Assembly: GCA_002269645.1 (NCBI GenBank)
Contig: NIVC01001519.1
Coordinates: 62,001-126,000, forward strand
Origin: Macrostomum lignano
Taxonomy: Eukaryota
Direction of reading: 5' to 3'
Length of the DNA stretch: 64,000 nucleotides
Shown: piece by piece, positions 23,001 through 33,889 of the stretch
Numbering within the stretch: the stretch's first letter is position 1
How the letters are laid out: each line of letters starts with the position of its first letter
Notes under the pieces: model-generated
Told to the model about the DNA's origin: nothing
The model's database searches: none
Seen by the model: the letters and a program-made list of their open reading frames with translations, nothing else
Position numbers and translations under genes: made by a program

Positions 23001-24959
23001 AGATTTCTACTTTCAGTAGCCGATCTCGCACATTCCATCCTATATTTGCATCAATCAATCTTTGCAGTAAAATCCAAGCACTCAAGCGGCTCCGGTGGCA
23101 ATTCCGCCAGCGCCGATCGGTCGAAAAAATTGCGCCGATCCAAACGCGAACAGACGCGAGCTCGCCGCGGCGAACAGCATCACCAGCTTCATCATCATCA
23201 TCACCGGGCTGACGTTGACTGGCTGTGCGCCGGCAGCGATGACGAAACCGCCTGCGGTCTGGACCGCTCGGGCCGGTCCGACCTGTTCGCAGCGATCCCA
23301 TTCCGCAAAGATCCCGACGACAAGTCGCGCTACGAACAATTGGACCATTGCTACTCAGACGAAGAGGTGCTGCAACAATCGTCTATTGCTAATTTTAATT
23401 TTATAGCCTCGGATAATGACAACACCGGGTCCAAGCAGCTGCCGCGTCAGGTTGACTGCGGCAGCGCTGCACCGGCGGCTACTGTCGTCGATCCTGCCGC
23501 AGTTCCTGACCACCAACTAGGAGCTGGACGACACCGTCTGCGACTACCGTCTAGGGAGACATCCTCCGACGGTCTGGACGAGTATGGCACCGACGGCGGA
23601 GGCGGTGGCGGCGGTGGTTGCGGCCCAAGTGTCGGAGTCGGGGCTCGCGGAATCCCTATCAGCGGCGGCGGCACCGGAGGCGCCCCCAGCGGCGCTGCCG
23701 GTGGCAACCGCCTGTTCAACTACGTGACCCTGATGGAGGACGCGGCCGACGCCGGCAGTCTGGACAGTCGATCCTTTGAACTCGGCGGCGGCGGCAGCAG
23801 CCTCACAGCCGACAAGGCCAGCGTGCTGTCGTTTGGCGACTACGAAAACGGCGTCAGCGGCAGCCAGGTCCAGGCTCCACTGCCGGCCCCACCGCAGGCG
23901 ACAACCGATCGCATTGTCGGGCATCAGTACGGCGTCCGGCCTCTGCTAGATGACGATGAATTGTCCGAAGGTGAACGGCTTAGCGACTGTGGCGGAGGAG
24001 GCGGCGTCGGTGGAGCCAGCGACTCGTCGGATCCGTTCTCGCTTGCGCCGTTCAAACCGCCGAAGCAGCGCAGGCGACCTGCTGGCTCGAATCGGCAGCC
24101 GGCGCCGCCACCCCAGCAGCCCCAGCAGATTCAGCGGCCGCCTGCAAAGCCAACGAACGATCCCGATTCCGATTTCGATCCTCGTGCGGGCGAGCTGCCA
24201 AGGACAGCGGCGCCGGTTCAGCCTGCTGCAACGCATCCAGCTCCGACTACGCCGTCGCAGCCTCGGCCGTCCGCCGTCGCTGTCGCTGTGTCGTCTTCGT
24301 CGGCGACGAGCGCCTCCACGCCGTCGAAAAAGTTCATCAGCAGCCCGTCGCGGAGTCAGCGTAGGCCGCAGCCGCCAGTCGACGATCGGCCACTGCCGCA
24401 AATCGGCGTCACCAGCGACGACGGCTTTGCTGCCGACTTTTTTGACGCATCAGACGACGAAGCCGGCGCCTCGTTGGTCGCCTCAGCGGCCGGAGCTTCC
24501 TCGCCTCCGGCGTCGCCGCCGCCGCCCAGATCGGCGTCCTTGTCTTCCCCGTCGGCTGGAGCCGTCGGCACCGCCGCGACCACTCCGGCGACAAATTCCG
24601 CATCTGTGGCCGTCAAGCCGAAATCCTCGGGTCGGTTTCGCAGTCTGCTTGGCGGCGGCGACGCTTCAGCACCGGCTGCGGCGTCAACGGCGCCGCCGCC
24701 AGCTTCGCTGTCCTCCTCGGCTCCGTCAGCTGCCGCAGTGACGCAGCAGTCAGTGCCGGTATCGGCTGCGCCAGCAGCGCCGGCCGCCGACCTGCCTGTC
24801 AGCGGATCCGGCAGCGTCGGCGGTGGCGGCGGTGGCAGCAGTAAGAAGGCCAAGAAAAAAGAAAAAATGGCGGCGGCTTTTGCCAATCTCAGCTTTGTCG
24901 ACTTCGACTCGGGCGCTGAGGACGGCAGCGGCAGGGCGGCTGCGTCAGCTGTAGATTAG
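11052..24959 (+). CDS. AAK1: NAK-family Ser/Thr kinase (AAK1/BMP2K-like); exons 11052-11342, 11963-12065, 12721-13307, 14048-14136, 21190-21610, 22172-22505, 22730-22822, 23068-24959 (~1269 aa)
   Basis: Kinase motifs IAEGGFAVVF, ALKRM, HKNII, HRDLKVEN, LCDFGSAT, YTTLAYRSPEM, KADIWALG. Tail with a Q/P/A-rich region, WNPF, FGLEFDRIRR..KSREDLVM, DPFGAAP, GHQYGVRPLLDDDEL, DPF and FANLSF. All junctions are GT-AG and phase-compatible (3810 nt). Boundaries of exons 5, 6 and 8 are less certain. Confidence 0.9.
11385..11778. repeat. Intronic minisatellite, ~38-42-bp unit (AAK1 intron 1)
   Basis: Tandem CACACAGCTATGGAACAGCTCCCCTCACTGTCAGTGTGTA; explains the repetitive spurious ORF tails. Confidence 0.95.
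12130..12586. repeat. Purine-rich minisatellite, 20-bp unit (AAK1 intron 2)
   Basis: Tandem GAGATAGAGGGGTAGAGTGA. Confidence 0.95.
13324..13376 (-). other. 28S helix 68-71 derived fragment with the central R2/I-PpoI site replaced, 16 nt inside AAK1 intron 3
   Basis: + strand CACTAATTAGATGACGAGG (19/19 to antisense LSU) - AATTCCGT - GTCCTAGTTACTCACGCCGTTTACCC (2 mismatches). Confidence 0.8.
13422..13740. mobile_element. MITE-like element with an internal 23-bp tandem array
   Basis: Imperfect inverted ends CAGTGACGGATTT...AAATCCGCCTC, a G-run after the left end, and internal (CTCTAGTGTATATTATGGCGCCC)n at ~13545-13680. Confidence 0.45.
14148..15064. repeat. Minisatellite, 22-bp unit, left half (AAK1 intron 4)
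   Basis: Tandem GTCTTTGTGTCCGTCTTGGCGT variants; resumes at 20172 after the nested insertions. Confidence 0.95.
15871..16855 (-). pseudogene. Gypsy integrase broken across four reading frames
   Basis: PWDKVAMDFKGP / LVSDNGTNF..ANGEVERFN / AYRTTPMRATGVAPASL / C-terminal GDTV..Y.V pieces lie in different frames. Confidence 0.85.
16868..18670 (-). CDS. Gypsy pol: reverse transcriptase, RNase H and start of the integrase Zn finger
   Basis: VRLTVDLRNLN, YRYKRLPMG, NIQDDIIVYG, FLGLAQF, VDASPVGLGA, YSQIEREALA, ITDHKPL, AHEGHQG. Confidence 0.92.
   Translation of the reverse strand: MNLLQLTVNQIEKKNEEIERILKDHQEVFQGVGRLTTQPAVTIALKEGSTPTSQSITRVAAHLREALLQELEEQENSGIIEKVDGPSAWLSRLVVVPKGKTGKVRLTVDLRNLNEATEKLQFPIPSLDDQLTNMGEASCFSYIDGKKMFHQIELDSESRHLTTFSTGIPGQPLYRYKRLPMGWVNSSFYLQAYMTKVLAGLQGLLNIQDDIIVYGKDVKEHNNRLKQVLARLVENGMTVGKEKCKFGMSKATFMGFILTEKGITIHEKKTEAIQMFKPPCNPSEVKSFLGLAQFVARFVPNLATLSKPLNDLTKKGKTWEWGPEQENSFNSIKAAISSTETLAYFGTGRETQLRVDASPVGLGAILVQRQKDGNLQPVCYASRTLTDVETRYSQIEREALAIKWGCEKFSHFLKGATEFTVITDHKPLLGCFASNSKPPPRIERWAMRLQPFNFKIKYEPGDTNEADILSRQPVKTPNDTLCNRRDIAFINSKLESAVSTALSLEQIRKDSAIDDEIVEALESIVSGGTWKKHNKLFAERNKLSEQNGILLYEDRIVLPKSLRQKALLIAHEGHQGISKAKERLRSTVFWPGISKDVEIF
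18766..19908 (-). CDS. Gypsy gag-protease (two CCHC knuckles, aspartic protease)
   Basis: CYRCNRTGHRPWDC, CKFCHKKGHIKQAC, LIDSGS; frame breaks after the protease. Confidence 0.9.
   Translation of the reverse strand: MASAQFYSIGHFDPDEDPLNNADKWNEYVQEVELFMEVQGIADEKKQATFLLLAGPKIRKLLQTVSYEQGYEATKEALSSLFQGATNSVHETYKLLSVNQIEGETFDSFYSRLKSAAKYCNLHVEYKPGGNESTVKLSFEDRLLRDLIVLKSTSKPLRTLLLKEGSDLTLKKAVEISKNFEATKTQAKDIEKPTNETRNTVSKIDNRPTNKLQFKQTDKRTSTLNTNKCDRVCYRCNRTGHRPWDCFARNIECKFCHKKGHIKQACRLCLKTGSRIKTRNIQMSEQPEEQNGNDESNGEEINTVAMTESKDSAGARAKVKINGIESTVLIDSGSSASLISMKSWESVKSKDTILNRSEKPRLYAYMSKRRWKSWEQQHWL
20172..20822. repeat. Minisatellite, 22-bp unit, right half
   Basis: Same unit as 14148-15064. Confidence 0.95.
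21705..22085. repeat. Minisatellite, 28-bp unit (AAK1 intron 5)
   Basis: Tandem CCAGCCTCCCAGAGTGTCAGTTGCTGGG. Confidence 0.95.
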
Positions 24960-25789
24960 GCTGGAGACGGGCTTACAGTGCTGGTTTTATTGACCCTAAA
25001 CCTATTAGATTACCGTTTGTATCCGATAATTTATAAGTCTCTGCGCTCACTGATCACCTACTGAGAGGTACCGTATAATTGCCGCTGGTATTTTTCTCTG
25101 CACCCGGACAAAAGAGTCATAATATTAAATTTTTTTACTAACTATTATTAGTAATTGAAATTGTAATAATTTCAAGAGTTAATCCGCATTGCATTCACAG
25201 TAATGCAGTTATATTTTTTCCTTAAAACCTTCATGCTTCATTCTATATACAAAATGTTTTCTTTGACGGAACTCGCTTCAATAATTTGGCCGTTTTGAAA
25301 TGCGCATGCTCTAAATCTCTATTCAGTGTTATTTTGCTTGTTTTCCTTTCTATTAACCGCATATTTGCATCTCTATTTCCGTTTCGGAAATTAACAGCGC
25401 CACTTTAACATTGGTTTTGTCTGCAGAAAAATCTGCGTTTGCTAGCAGAAATTCCAATATGAATTCGCTGAATGTCGATACAAAAGCGCACTCGGGCTAG
25501 TTATAGTTTGTATTGATCGTTAACATTTTGTTTGTTAATTACATTTCGTGCACATACGATGAAACTACGAGAATATTTTATCTACAGTTGCTAACTATTG
25601 ATATTATTGTTTATCCAAAATAAAACTATTGCGGATGCTAGCTAGTAAATAGAATGCTTGGAGTGGTCATTTTGGCAACTGCAACTGGAAGGCAGATTTA
25701 AAATCATCCTCTCCGTAATAGTTGTTTCAAATTAGTCTAGAGAAAGCGTTTATCTATTCATTGGCCTGAAGGGCTGAGGGGCTGGCCAG

Positions 25790-26225
25790 CTAGAAAATCG
25801 ATAAACCTTTACTTCTAGGCTTTAACTCACCCCGCCCCACGCACCAGCCAGTCAATGGGGTAGAAAAGAGGGCATGTTAGATTGGGTCAATCATAAAATC
25901 GATAAATCTTTAACTGGCCTCACACACCAGCGACAAAGACAGTTTGATACGCTTGTTGGTTGAGGAGTGGAAAAAAGGCGAAAAATCTTTAACTTTACCA
26001 AGTTAAGCGGTACATTCAGTGTGTGGGATAGGAAAGAGGCTGGAGGCTGAGGGGCCGGCCATAAAATCGATAAATCTTTATTAAACTCAACCCACCACAC
26101 ACCAGCCAAGCCTTAAAGCCAGTCAGTGGGGCAGAAAAGTGGGGGGAGGGTAGAAAAGTGGGGCAGACCAGAAAATCGATAAACCTTGAACTCACCCCAC
26201 ACCACACACCAGCCAGCCATAGTAA
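25790..26225. repeat. Degenerate tandem repeat with an AAAATCGATAAA core
   Basis: AAAATCGATAAA at ~25795, 25895, 26063 and 26172, each followed by CACACCAGC-like and GTCAGTGGGG/GTCAATGGGG-like motifs. Confidence 0.55.
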
Positions 26226-26636
26226 CTCAGTGGAGTAAAAAAGAGGGCAGGAAGGACCGCTAGATGTACAAATCGATTCTCGGAATTGTAAAAGATTCGA
26301 AGGCTTCAAAAAGATGTTAAAGTAAACTGTTTAATAGTGCGTAATATTCGTATGCGAGAACTTTTCATGACTTGTCTGCTCTATTTCTATTTTTCTGTTT
26401 TCCCTTCTATATACGAGTATGATGACTCATGAGACCAAGTCCTTTTACTAATGTTCTTTACTTTAGTAACGTATTATTTTGAAAATTAAGCCTTGAAAAC
26501 AGTTTGCAAGAAACGAAGTGTCCTCTTAAGCTAATTCTAGTAGGGGTCATTCGTACTGTTATTATTGGCTTAAAAAGCTGCACCCAAGCGTTATGCTGCA
26601 ATGTTGCTGAACTTTGCTACCCTAGAATTGTGATTT

Positions 26637-27519
26637 GTTGTTAAACGAAAGGGTCCTAGGGGGCCCGCGGATCAGCCCTGGGGTGGGCTCTGCCGCGAGG
26701 GGCACTTCCAGGGGCCAAGGCATTAACTGTCCAGGGCCCGAGATACCCCGTGGATGCAATTGGATTGGACCCGGCTTAAAGCGCGGGGGGCGAGTTAGAC
26801 CCAAACCTACGGTACAAGACACCGCCAAACCAACAGTGGAATCAGGGACGGTGCTAGGACCGAGTCCACCCAGGCCACCCCCCAGCAGACAAGTCCTTGG
26901 GAGTGCGCGAAAAACAGAATTGGGATTACTGAAAAAGCCGTCCAAGAGCGGGGAAACCCAGAAGTCTTGGAAAAGGGCTAACTATTGGAGAGAGTCTGGG
27001 CAGCTATTTACCAAGAGCGTTAACTCGAGCCTCAAGGCTTTTCACTACCCAGCTCTATTTTGGAGTGAGTCTGGAAGGCTTGAATCCGAGGGGGAGACTC
27101 TAGGCGGACACCGCACGCCTCTATTGCTACCAACCCAAGGGCATCGCCTATCCAGCTCAATATTGGAGGCCAGGCCAAGGGGTCGGGAGAGAGGCACCCA
27201 GGGCAAGAGGACTCCGGACTCAGCCGGTAGTCCCCGGTTCGGGACGAACATCCTTCCCAGGACACCAATCCTGACTGTTTTTCTGACTCTGACTTTCTGA
27301 CTCTGGTCTCTGACTGTTTTTACCCTGGTTGCCTCTCTGGTAGCTTGTCTAAGGGTTGTGCGCAATCCGATTGGCTATGCCAATTTCTAAGGGTCCGCCC
27401 CGGAGGGGCTGTGCCCATTCTAAAAATAAACCCTATTTTTTCTCTCTATATCCAATTTCGGCCCTCGGCCCTGGTTTAGGGGGGGGGGGGGTGGTGCCCG
27501 GAGTGAGTTGTCTCTCTGG
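26637..27519 (-). mobile_element. ~880-bp non-coding dispersed element with 13-bp flanking direct repeats
   Basis: AGAATTGTGATTT at 26624-26636 and 27520-27532; homologous inverted copy at 1316-1833; AAC-repeat end on the minus strand. The ORFs here show no recognisable domain. Confidence 0.65.
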
Positions 27520-28129
27520 AGAATTGTGATTTACAAGTATAGTGTTCCTTTTCACAGAAGAAAACAATAGTTTCTTTTCCGCCAAAATGATTCAATTAAT
27601 CAATTGTATTAATTACACGCGTAAATGTGTGTATTTATGCTGATTTCTTATTGCATGCTTCTGCGCATTCTGTTCATTCACCTCAGTTGCGGTGTTTGAA
27701 ACGTATCTACATGTTTCTTTCTAGTTTGAGGTCTGCTGGCTTACTTTATGGAATAAATTTGTGTACTATTAAAACTCAGCAGCGCAGCACTTGTGCAATG
27801 CTGTTTTTCACCTGTTTTTAATAGTTTCTTCATCCCATACACACACATCTTAATTCCTGTAATTAAGTTTATCTTTGAATACGCTCTTGTTGTTGTGTAA
27901 CGAGGTTGGCTTTTAATTTCCAATATGATTATAAATATCTATATTAATATAAACTGTATAACATACATATATATTACATTTGATTTCTATCATTATATTA
28001 TTCCTATGCACAGACGTAGACAGTGGCCGTCGGCCTGCCAGTTTCATTAACGAGTTTTTACAAACTTGAAAAAATCAGTGCTAAAATTTTGGTTTTTTCC
28101 TTCATTTTTTCTCTATATTTGGCCATGAG

Positions 28130-28750
28130 ATGACCTTGCAACTGCAACCCCCAGGAACAGCGTTATCTTATAGAAAACCCACACAGTCAGCAATTGCAAA
28201 CCCTAGCTGGCAAAAATGGTCTAACAACCTACAGCGCTACCTTTCCGGTCGTTTAGAGCGGGAAATTCTGCTCTACACGACCGAAAAGGAAATCAGCGAC
28301 CCGCTGTACAAAAAGATCGCAAACAACGAAACGATCGCAGAAGCCAGGCCAAAGTGCAAGCATTGCAAAACTTATCGAGTCCTCCAGCAAACAGTTTAAA
28401 GGCCGCGACAACGTTGTAGCTCGTATTCATCAGATACTCAAATCCGGCAATGCCTTCAGGAGGCTGGTGTAAAGATGGACTCATGGTACAGCAGACTGAG
28501 GAGCTGCATCAGAAGTGTGCCAGTTTGAAGACCTGCAGTAGTCACTAATCTGTGACCAAATCGTGGCTTGCTGCCGCAGCGACTCTTGAATGTACTGTAC
28601 GCAAGGGAGATGTACGTCTATATTGGGGCTTGCTTGAGCACCACACAAATTTGTACACAACTCGAACTGCCACAAAACATAGTTGGGCACACAAGTCTGC
28701 ACCAGTTTGGCCATGTGTGACACTGTTGGCACAGTTGCACTCTGATAGTT
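28130..28750 (+). pseudogene. Degenerate Ty3/Gypsy gag remnant
   Basis: Fragments WQKWSNNLQRYL..EILLYT, PRDNVVARI, CQFEDLQ*SLICDQIV resemble the retrotransposon gag pattern; stops and frameshifts throughout. Confidence 0.5.
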
Positions 28751-29647
28751 GGTACATTTAGTTTTGGTTGGGAAACTGCATTGTACTCTCGCTCCTTGAT
28801 GCGAGTATACTTATTGATTTTGTTTTATGAAAATTTGTCTATTTATTTTAGTTTGTCTAATTATCAATCTGTTACATTACTGTCATTATATGGTCATTAT
28901 GTTGGATAGCATACCTAAACCAACTTTAGACTTTACTCACGTACTCGTTTGGAGATTGGTTTAAGCTGGGAATAGGATTCATTCCGACCGTTTCAGACGT
29001 TTGAACTCGAAATTACTAGTCTGCTAGTTTCAACTATATGGCAACAGTGGTCACGGAGCCAAACGATGCTGCATTCAACATTGAGACAATCGCGAAAGCG
29101 ACAAGCCACAAGCTTTTTTGGAGAGCTACAAAAGAAGAAGCAAAAAATGAGAGCAATAGCTATCAGTTAATGACAACGATTTAGACTAACGTCGGCGGTA
29201 CTCGAGAAGTTGCTAATGTCTTTTTGTAATTCAAAATTCGATTTAACAGTAATACCAGTGGTATAATCCTAAAGGAGAAAATGGAAAATGGGTTCCGTTT
29301 TGGGAGATTTCAGCCCAAACCTACTGTAGAGATACGCGGTAGTCACGTAGGAAACACAAATATCTTGTCAAGCAATTTTTTTAACATTCTTGCTTCTTTC
29401 TCTCTTAAAAATAGAGGAAACATCTGCTGACATCAGTAACAGAAAATAACTAGTTATAGGTAAATCACATGACGCATTATAATTAAAAGCTGATTTATTT
29501 TATCCGCCCTCGATCGGGATTATATCGATTTTCAAGCACTAATTACTGGATGAATATGTGAGTTGAAACGTGATGCGAAGTGTTTTTGCCTATTTACTGT
29601 AGTTGCAAGTTATCTATTTATATATTATTCGAGCTCTGCGAAAAACG

Positions 29648-29801
29648 CGTCTGACTCCCCAGGCCACACGACCCCGCAGGTTTGATTCCGTGCTTAGCTA
29701 TGGCCTCGGGGTGGGGGGGGGGGTTATCGTGCAATTCTCGCCCATGTAGGCCAACCCCCAAGGCGCAGAGTGTGCGGTACATGACTGACGATGAGAACTG
29801 T
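29648..29801 (+). mobile_element. tRNA-head SINE-like family B, 5' partial copy
   Basis: Shares GGTTTGATTCCGTG (B-box-like), GCCAAC..CCCCAAGGC and TGACGAT with the copies at 30989 and 56683. Confidence 0.55.
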
Positions 29802-30988
29802 GTTAGATCCCTTTCATATCATACACTTTACTGCATGTGAAATTCATGATTAAGCATGTATGCATTCAATGAGCTCAAAAATTCAATAGCAGTTTTGAAA
29901 GTTGACAGAGAGAGAGAGTCTTTGAGAGAGGTTGCTGCATGCTGATATACTTTTCTTGCTGATGTCTATGGCCAAAATATCAACTTCTTCGTTGCCTTTT
30001 TCGTCCATGTCTATGTCTATGGGCAAGACCAAATCATACTGCAATTCTCGACCTGGTTGGTTTAAGTATCGAATTGGCTGACAAAAGCAATACCATGCAG
30101 AGCGTACATGCTACAGAGAACGCATACCGCTGAATGAAGTTTGGCCATAGACGAATTCAGTTAGAGAGCAATCTCTGCACTTTGTCCACGCTGCTTCACC
30201 CGGCGGCTACTTCGGTTTGATCTTGAATCGTAAAATTGGATGGGGGCGGACAGAGGGGGACAGCTGCCCTCCTCTCAAATTGCAATGGGGGACCAATCTA
30301 GGGGAGGTCAAGGCGGTCAATGGCGTCCAGGAATCAATAAAAGCAGTCTGTCTCTATTGCGGTGGACAAAATGACTCTAGATAGCATATTTGTTCAGTGT
30401 CAGGGAACTGCTTGGGGCCCCTGCTCCTGGCAACAAGTGTTGTGGCTTTGGATCGTCAATGAATGTAGTGACAATTCTAAATTTCTGACACTTTTTCCTG
30501 GTACGGTTACAAAAGCACTCGCCTCAGCTCTAGTAAAGTAAACAATAATGCAAGACTGGCTGTATTAGAATTACAACACTGTTCCGTTCCGAAGTATAAA
30601 TGAAAAAGTACAGCAGACAACTGAAAAATGAGGATTCTTGTGTATTGACAGAAAGAATATTTTACATTTAGCATGTATGATGATACACTACTGGCTTGTC
30701 GGCTGATACGATAAGGATTCGGTTAGGGAAGATGGTGCAGGCAAACCAGTCAGGTATGGTAGCATTTTTAGAAAAATGAATTGGTCACTTAATGACAATA
30801 CGCATTTTAATGCATACACTGCTGAGTGAGTGACCAACCAGCTTTCGAAATTGCATATTAAATTGTGCATACATGTACATGACTTGGCTAAATTAATGGC
30901 TGCAGATAAGATGGACATAAAATCGAAAGACACTGCAACTTGCAAAACCATGCGAAATTGACTGACTCGTCTCGTCTGAAGGTGCAAA

Positions 30989-31345
30989 GCGTCTGACGAT
31001 CACCGTTCCACGACCAGTTGGTTTGATTCCGTGTGCGGCTCACATTTGGGGCTTGTGTCCAGAAAATATAGCCTGGGATTGTCGTACAATTCGCACCCAT
31101 TAGGGCCAACACCCCCAAGGCAGAGAGAGTGCACATGCCTGACGATTAGAAACTGTCAGGGTCAGCTGTACACCCTGTGTGAGAGTGTGCAGTAGTGCGT
31201 GCCTGCGTACAGTATTGGCGCGCTTGTACGTGCTCGGTAGTCAGGGGAATGGGCCGAATTTGCCTCTCAGTGCTGGTTTGTGGGACAATGTTTCCGAAGG
31301 CGTTGCGCCAGGGTTGCCCAACAGCCCTCCTGTAATTATTATTAT
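30989..31345 (+). mobile_element. tRNA-head SINE-like family B, near full-length copy
   Basis: B-box-like GGTTTGATTCC; body GTACACCCTGTGTGAG..GTGCCTGCGTACAGTATTGGCGCGCTTG shared with 56683-56958; (TTA)n tail. Confidence 0.7.
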
Positions 31346-31456
31346 AAGCCAGTGAACCAACGTTGGATCAGGCGCAAAACTGAAAACATCCTACATCTCG
31401 CTGAGGCCATTTTTGTTGCGAAAAGCCCGCTGAGTCGCAATCCATTCGTTCAAAAG

Positions 31457-32834
31457 TCAAAACTTCTCGACCTGCTGCTGCCCTCCGGTTGAAAAGTACA
31501 CCGAGGCCTGGCCTAGCAACAGCAGGCAGCAGCCGACGGCCACGCAGCCGCAGTCCAGACAGCGCTGCCCGCTCTCCCGACTGCCGGCAAGCCGCAGGGC
31601 CAACGCAGCCGCCGCCGCTGCGGTGAGTGCGGTTGCCAAAGGCAACGCCGCCAGGATCCAATAGTAGGCCAGAGCTCGCGCCACCTCCAGGCGGAACAGC
31701 TGCTGCTCGTCGTCCACGTCGCCTCCCCATCGTCCGCTTCCCGTTGCTCCTTCCCCAGCGTCGCCAGGGAGGACTCTGTGTTGACGTCTTGGTCGCTTAC
31801 GCCTACGCAGGACTCGAACTTTGGTCACTGACCAGCTGCTGGAGCCGGCCACCAGCAAACTGGCGTTGCTAAGCAACAAGCGGAGTCGTCGACGACTCCG
31901 ACGCTGCCGGCCAAGTCGAAGGTCGCAGCGCCGCGTGTCAAATGGAAAGCCAGACGATCCGGGCATTACTCGACATTGAGTTCGCAGGGCGGCCCGGAAG
32001 CGGAGGGTCACCTCGCCGTTTGGCCGCACCGCTCGGGTTGAGGCGTGGCGTCTGCGGTAGCATGGGGAGGGTTGTCGAAGCCCTTAGCCTTGTTTTGCTC
32101 GACTCTCATTGAGTGGCATTGTCTGTTTTCAGACACCTGCTTCCTGACACCTGCTTCCTGACACCTGCTTCCCGATACCTGCTTCCGGGTCCTGCTTCCC
32201 GATATCTGCTTCCCGATATCTGCTTCCCGATACCTACTTCCTGATACTCGAATCCCCAGCTTGACACCCGATTTCCAGTGTCTAGCACCCAAAATCCCTC
32301 AGCAGCTCACCGACTCCAGATGTCCGCAATGCTGGCATTATTAGTGGCACTGAGACCGCTTTCAACGCCAATCTCAGGCGCCCAGTCGATGTTCGCAGAC
32401 TCTGTCTTGTTCTTCCTGGCCGCTGCAACCGATTTAGTGTCATTCCAGGCTAGAAGGAAGCTGCCCGACCACTGCAGGACGCCGCCTCGGCTGCCGGCGC
32501 TCCCGGTGCCCCGGTCGCTCAGCCCGATGATGGCCACCCCAGTGAGGCTCAGGCGTACTACACGAACTTGATTCCCGGGGATCGTTAAGTTAATTGTGCT
32601 CCCGCTACTGCTGGCATCCAGTGCGCTGTCCAGCAGAGCTGCTAGCTGCTGTTCGACCGCCGGCCTCCGGCAGCTGTCCGACTTTGATGCGGATGGAAGC
32701 GGCGATCCGGCGGTCAGAAGCAGCAGCACCAGAAGGGGACTGCGGTGAGGTGCTGGGGAATGGTGTGAGAAAATTGAGGTAAACTTTTTTGCGAAAATGC
32801 ACTGGTGATACGTATTTTGTACTGTAAATGGCAT
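31457..32834 (-). CDS. Divergent Cys-loop ligand-gated ion channel subunit (nAChR-like, non-alpha); exons 32834-32311 and 32051-31472/31457; TM3-TM4 not located
   Basis: Hydrophobic leader PLLVLLLLTAG; LLAWND, DWAPEI, VRPNGEVTL; Cys-loop CRVMPGSSGFPFDTRRC; FRLEVARALAYYW followed by two hydrophobic segments. Phase-2 GT-AG intron 32310-32052 joins in frame. Confidence 0.7.
32130..32245. repeat. 14-bp minisatellite in the ion-channel intron
   Basis: (ACCTGCTTCCCGAT)n; same unit as 33890-34270. Confidence 0.9.
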
Positions 32835-32844
32835 GGTAGGTGAG

Positions 32845-33410
32845 TGCGCTGGCGCCCCTGGTGCTGGCGCCCCTGGTGCTGGCGCCCCTGATGCTGGCGC
32901 CCCTGATGCTGGCGCCCCTGGTGCTGGCGCCCCTGCTGCTAAAGCCCCTGCTGCTAAAGCCCCTGCTGCTAAAGCCCCTGCTGCTAAAGCCCCTGCTGCT
33001 AAAGCCCCTGCTGCTAAAGCCCCTGCTGCTAAAGCCCCTGCTGCTAAAGCCCCTGCTGCTAAAGCCCCTGCTGCTAAAGCCCCTGCTGCTAAAGCCCCTG
33101 CTGCTAAAGCCCCTGCTGCTAAAGCCCCTGCTGCTAAAGCCCCTGCTGCTAAAGCCCCTGCTGCTAAAGCCCCTGCTGCTAAAGCCCCTGCTGCTAAAGC
33201 CCCTGCTGCTAAAGCCCCTGCTGCTAAAGCCCCTGCTGCTAAAGCCCCTGCTGCTAAAGCCCCTGCTGCTAAAGCCCCTGCTGCTAAAGCCCCTGCTGCT
33301 AAAGCCCCTGCTGCTAAAGCCCCTGCTGCTAAAGCCCCTGCTGCTAAAGCCCCTGCTGCTAAAGCCCCTGCTGCTAAAGCCCCTGCTGCTAAAGCCCCTG
33401 CTGCTAAAGC
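32845..33410. repeat. 15-bp minisatellite
   Basis: (GCTAAAGCCCCTGCT)n, ~32 perfect copies plus GGCGCCCCTG variants; produces the AKAPA, LAAGA and SRGFS ORFs. Confidence 0.97.
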
Positions 33411-33889
33411 AGGACAATGATAGTGTAATCGAGCCCATCCATGATAATCCAAGACCAAGAGTTATCCAGCCGCATTTCTACAAGAGTAAACGACAAGACA
33501 TACTAATAAAGTGATGATTATTTTACTTACAAAACTCGTAGGTCATAAGCTAATTACGTCAATACTTATTCAGGCAATTGTAATTGTTGCTTTTAGTCGC
33601 TGACGATTGAGTCCGCGGTGCTCCTGCTCTTCCAGACAGCCCTGTGCGCTGCAACTTTTGTAAATATCTGTATAGCTTACTGTAGCTAAGGACGGAAAGT
33701 CGGAAATGTTGAGTCAACATGCCCGAGTCCAATAATAAGTTTGAGAACGAAGCGCATGCCCAGCGCAGACCTATAGAGTATAGGAGTCTCTTTGTATATT
33801 GATTAATTTTTTTCTCCAACTTTGCCCAGGGGTTGACCCAGACAAAATTCTGTTCATGGAGCGCTAAAAACTGTTTATGCAATGTTTTC

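Noticed and set aside
26635-27365. 221-aa ORF and overlapping ORFs as a transposon protein
   Set aside because: No domain motifs are visible, and the sibling copy at 1316-1833 does not preserve the frame.
31125-31175. Minimal hammerhead ribozyme (CTGACGA-TTA-GAAA) in SINE family B
   Set aside because: With the best stem I pairing the cleavage triplet would be UCA rather than NUH, stem III is only 3 bp, and the other two copies break the core (CAGACGA; GAGAA). Kept only as a structured motif.
32605-33514. Long ORFs (AKAPA)n, (LAAGA)n, (SRGFS)n and (LLKPL)n as proteins
   Set aside because: A perfect stop-free 15-bp unit opens several frames on both strands, and there is no synonymous variation to suggest coding selection.
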